A DNA stretch of 64,000 nt, from contig CDRNST010000323.1 in assembly GCA_977016875.1 (NCBI GenBank), positions 434,001 to 498,000 of the forward strand. Direction: 5' to 3'. Source of the stretch: Pavona decussata. Lineage: Eukaryota. This document shows, piece by piece, positions 63,456 through 64,000 of the stretch. The position numbers and the translations under genes are program-made. Below the pieces are notes generated by a model. That model was given only the letters and a program-made list of their open reading frames with translations. It searched no databases and had not been told where the DNA came from. How positions within the stretch are numbered: position 1 is the first letter of the stretch; every line of letters begins with the position of its first letter.

Positions 63456-64000
63456 AGCCTGGGTCACACTTGTAACATAAGCATAAGCATAAGAATGTTC
63501 ACACTTGTGACATAAGCATAAGAAAGGCGACATACGCAGGCGCATTGGGCTTCCAGGACAAGCGGGAAATTCGAAAAACTCTTCATACAGGCTGAGTACT
63601 CAGACAAATCATGTCAACTTACCATTCTCAATGCTGACGGCTTTGGCGACATCTTGCCAGGCTAGGTTTTTTTTCTTGTTGTCTTTAAAATCAGGTGATG
63701 CCTTGTGGTGTAAACAAGGATAAATGCGAACAGCTTCGGCTAATGGGTCGCTATTTTTTCCGAGAAATCTGTAGAAGACGCCATCTTGGAACTGCAGATC
63801 AGCCGGCAGAGATTGGGCACTATTTTCAATTATATTTCCGCTGATATCAAACAGTGCTGCCTCGTTATGCTTATGCTTATGTCGCACCGGTTTACACTTG
63901 TGATAACTTGACATGAGCATAAGGATAAGCATAAGCATAGGAAAACGAAAAAGTTTCCTTTTTCTTATGCTTATGCTTATGCTTATGTCACACCGGTTCA
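63456..64000 (-). mobile_element. Harbinger-type element end with MADF-domain exon (63620-63790) and GCATAA repeats
   Basis: TAA|AGCCTGGGTCACACTT terminus, (GCATAA)n/(TTATGC)n tracts, LAEAVRIYPCL..K....FKD..KK..AW.DVA; runs off the window. Confidence 0.7.

Overview
Animal nuclear DNA (GT-AG introns, AT-rich; the element spectrum suggests a cnidarian such as a stony coral, which is inference) made almost entirely of nested transposable elements. No ordinary host gene, RNA gene or CRISPR array is supported. Left to right: (1) a mosaic of Transib/RAG1-core-like, Penelope, Tigger and THAP/Kolobok fragments; (2) a degraded Chapaev transposase gene with RAG1-like N-terminal domains, split by a BEL/Pao LTR element (7579-12866); (3) L2-like, Gypsy, Penelope and RTE fragments; (4) GATC-centred palindromic repeat arrays and a Kolobok-type MITE; (5) a CACTA/EnSpm transposase preceded by a PIM-like kinase pseudogene; (6) a Crypton fragment; (7) a second BEL/Pao element (39981-50675, TSD CCTAT) carrying an apparently intact two-gene PIF/Harbinger transposon (43369-47981); (8) a second CACTA transposase preceded by a different kinase; (9) a Zator-like element split by a PAT-type DIRS retrotransposon (56715-61837); (10) the start of another Harbinger-type element. 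Most interesting observations: two paralogous first exons (RING-plus and RING-minus) on the Chapaev transposase, a 20:4 minus-strand bias of TE fragments consistent with a unistrand piRNA cluster, and two independent kinase-plus-CACTA juxtapositions. All family assignments come from motif recognition by eye, not database searches.
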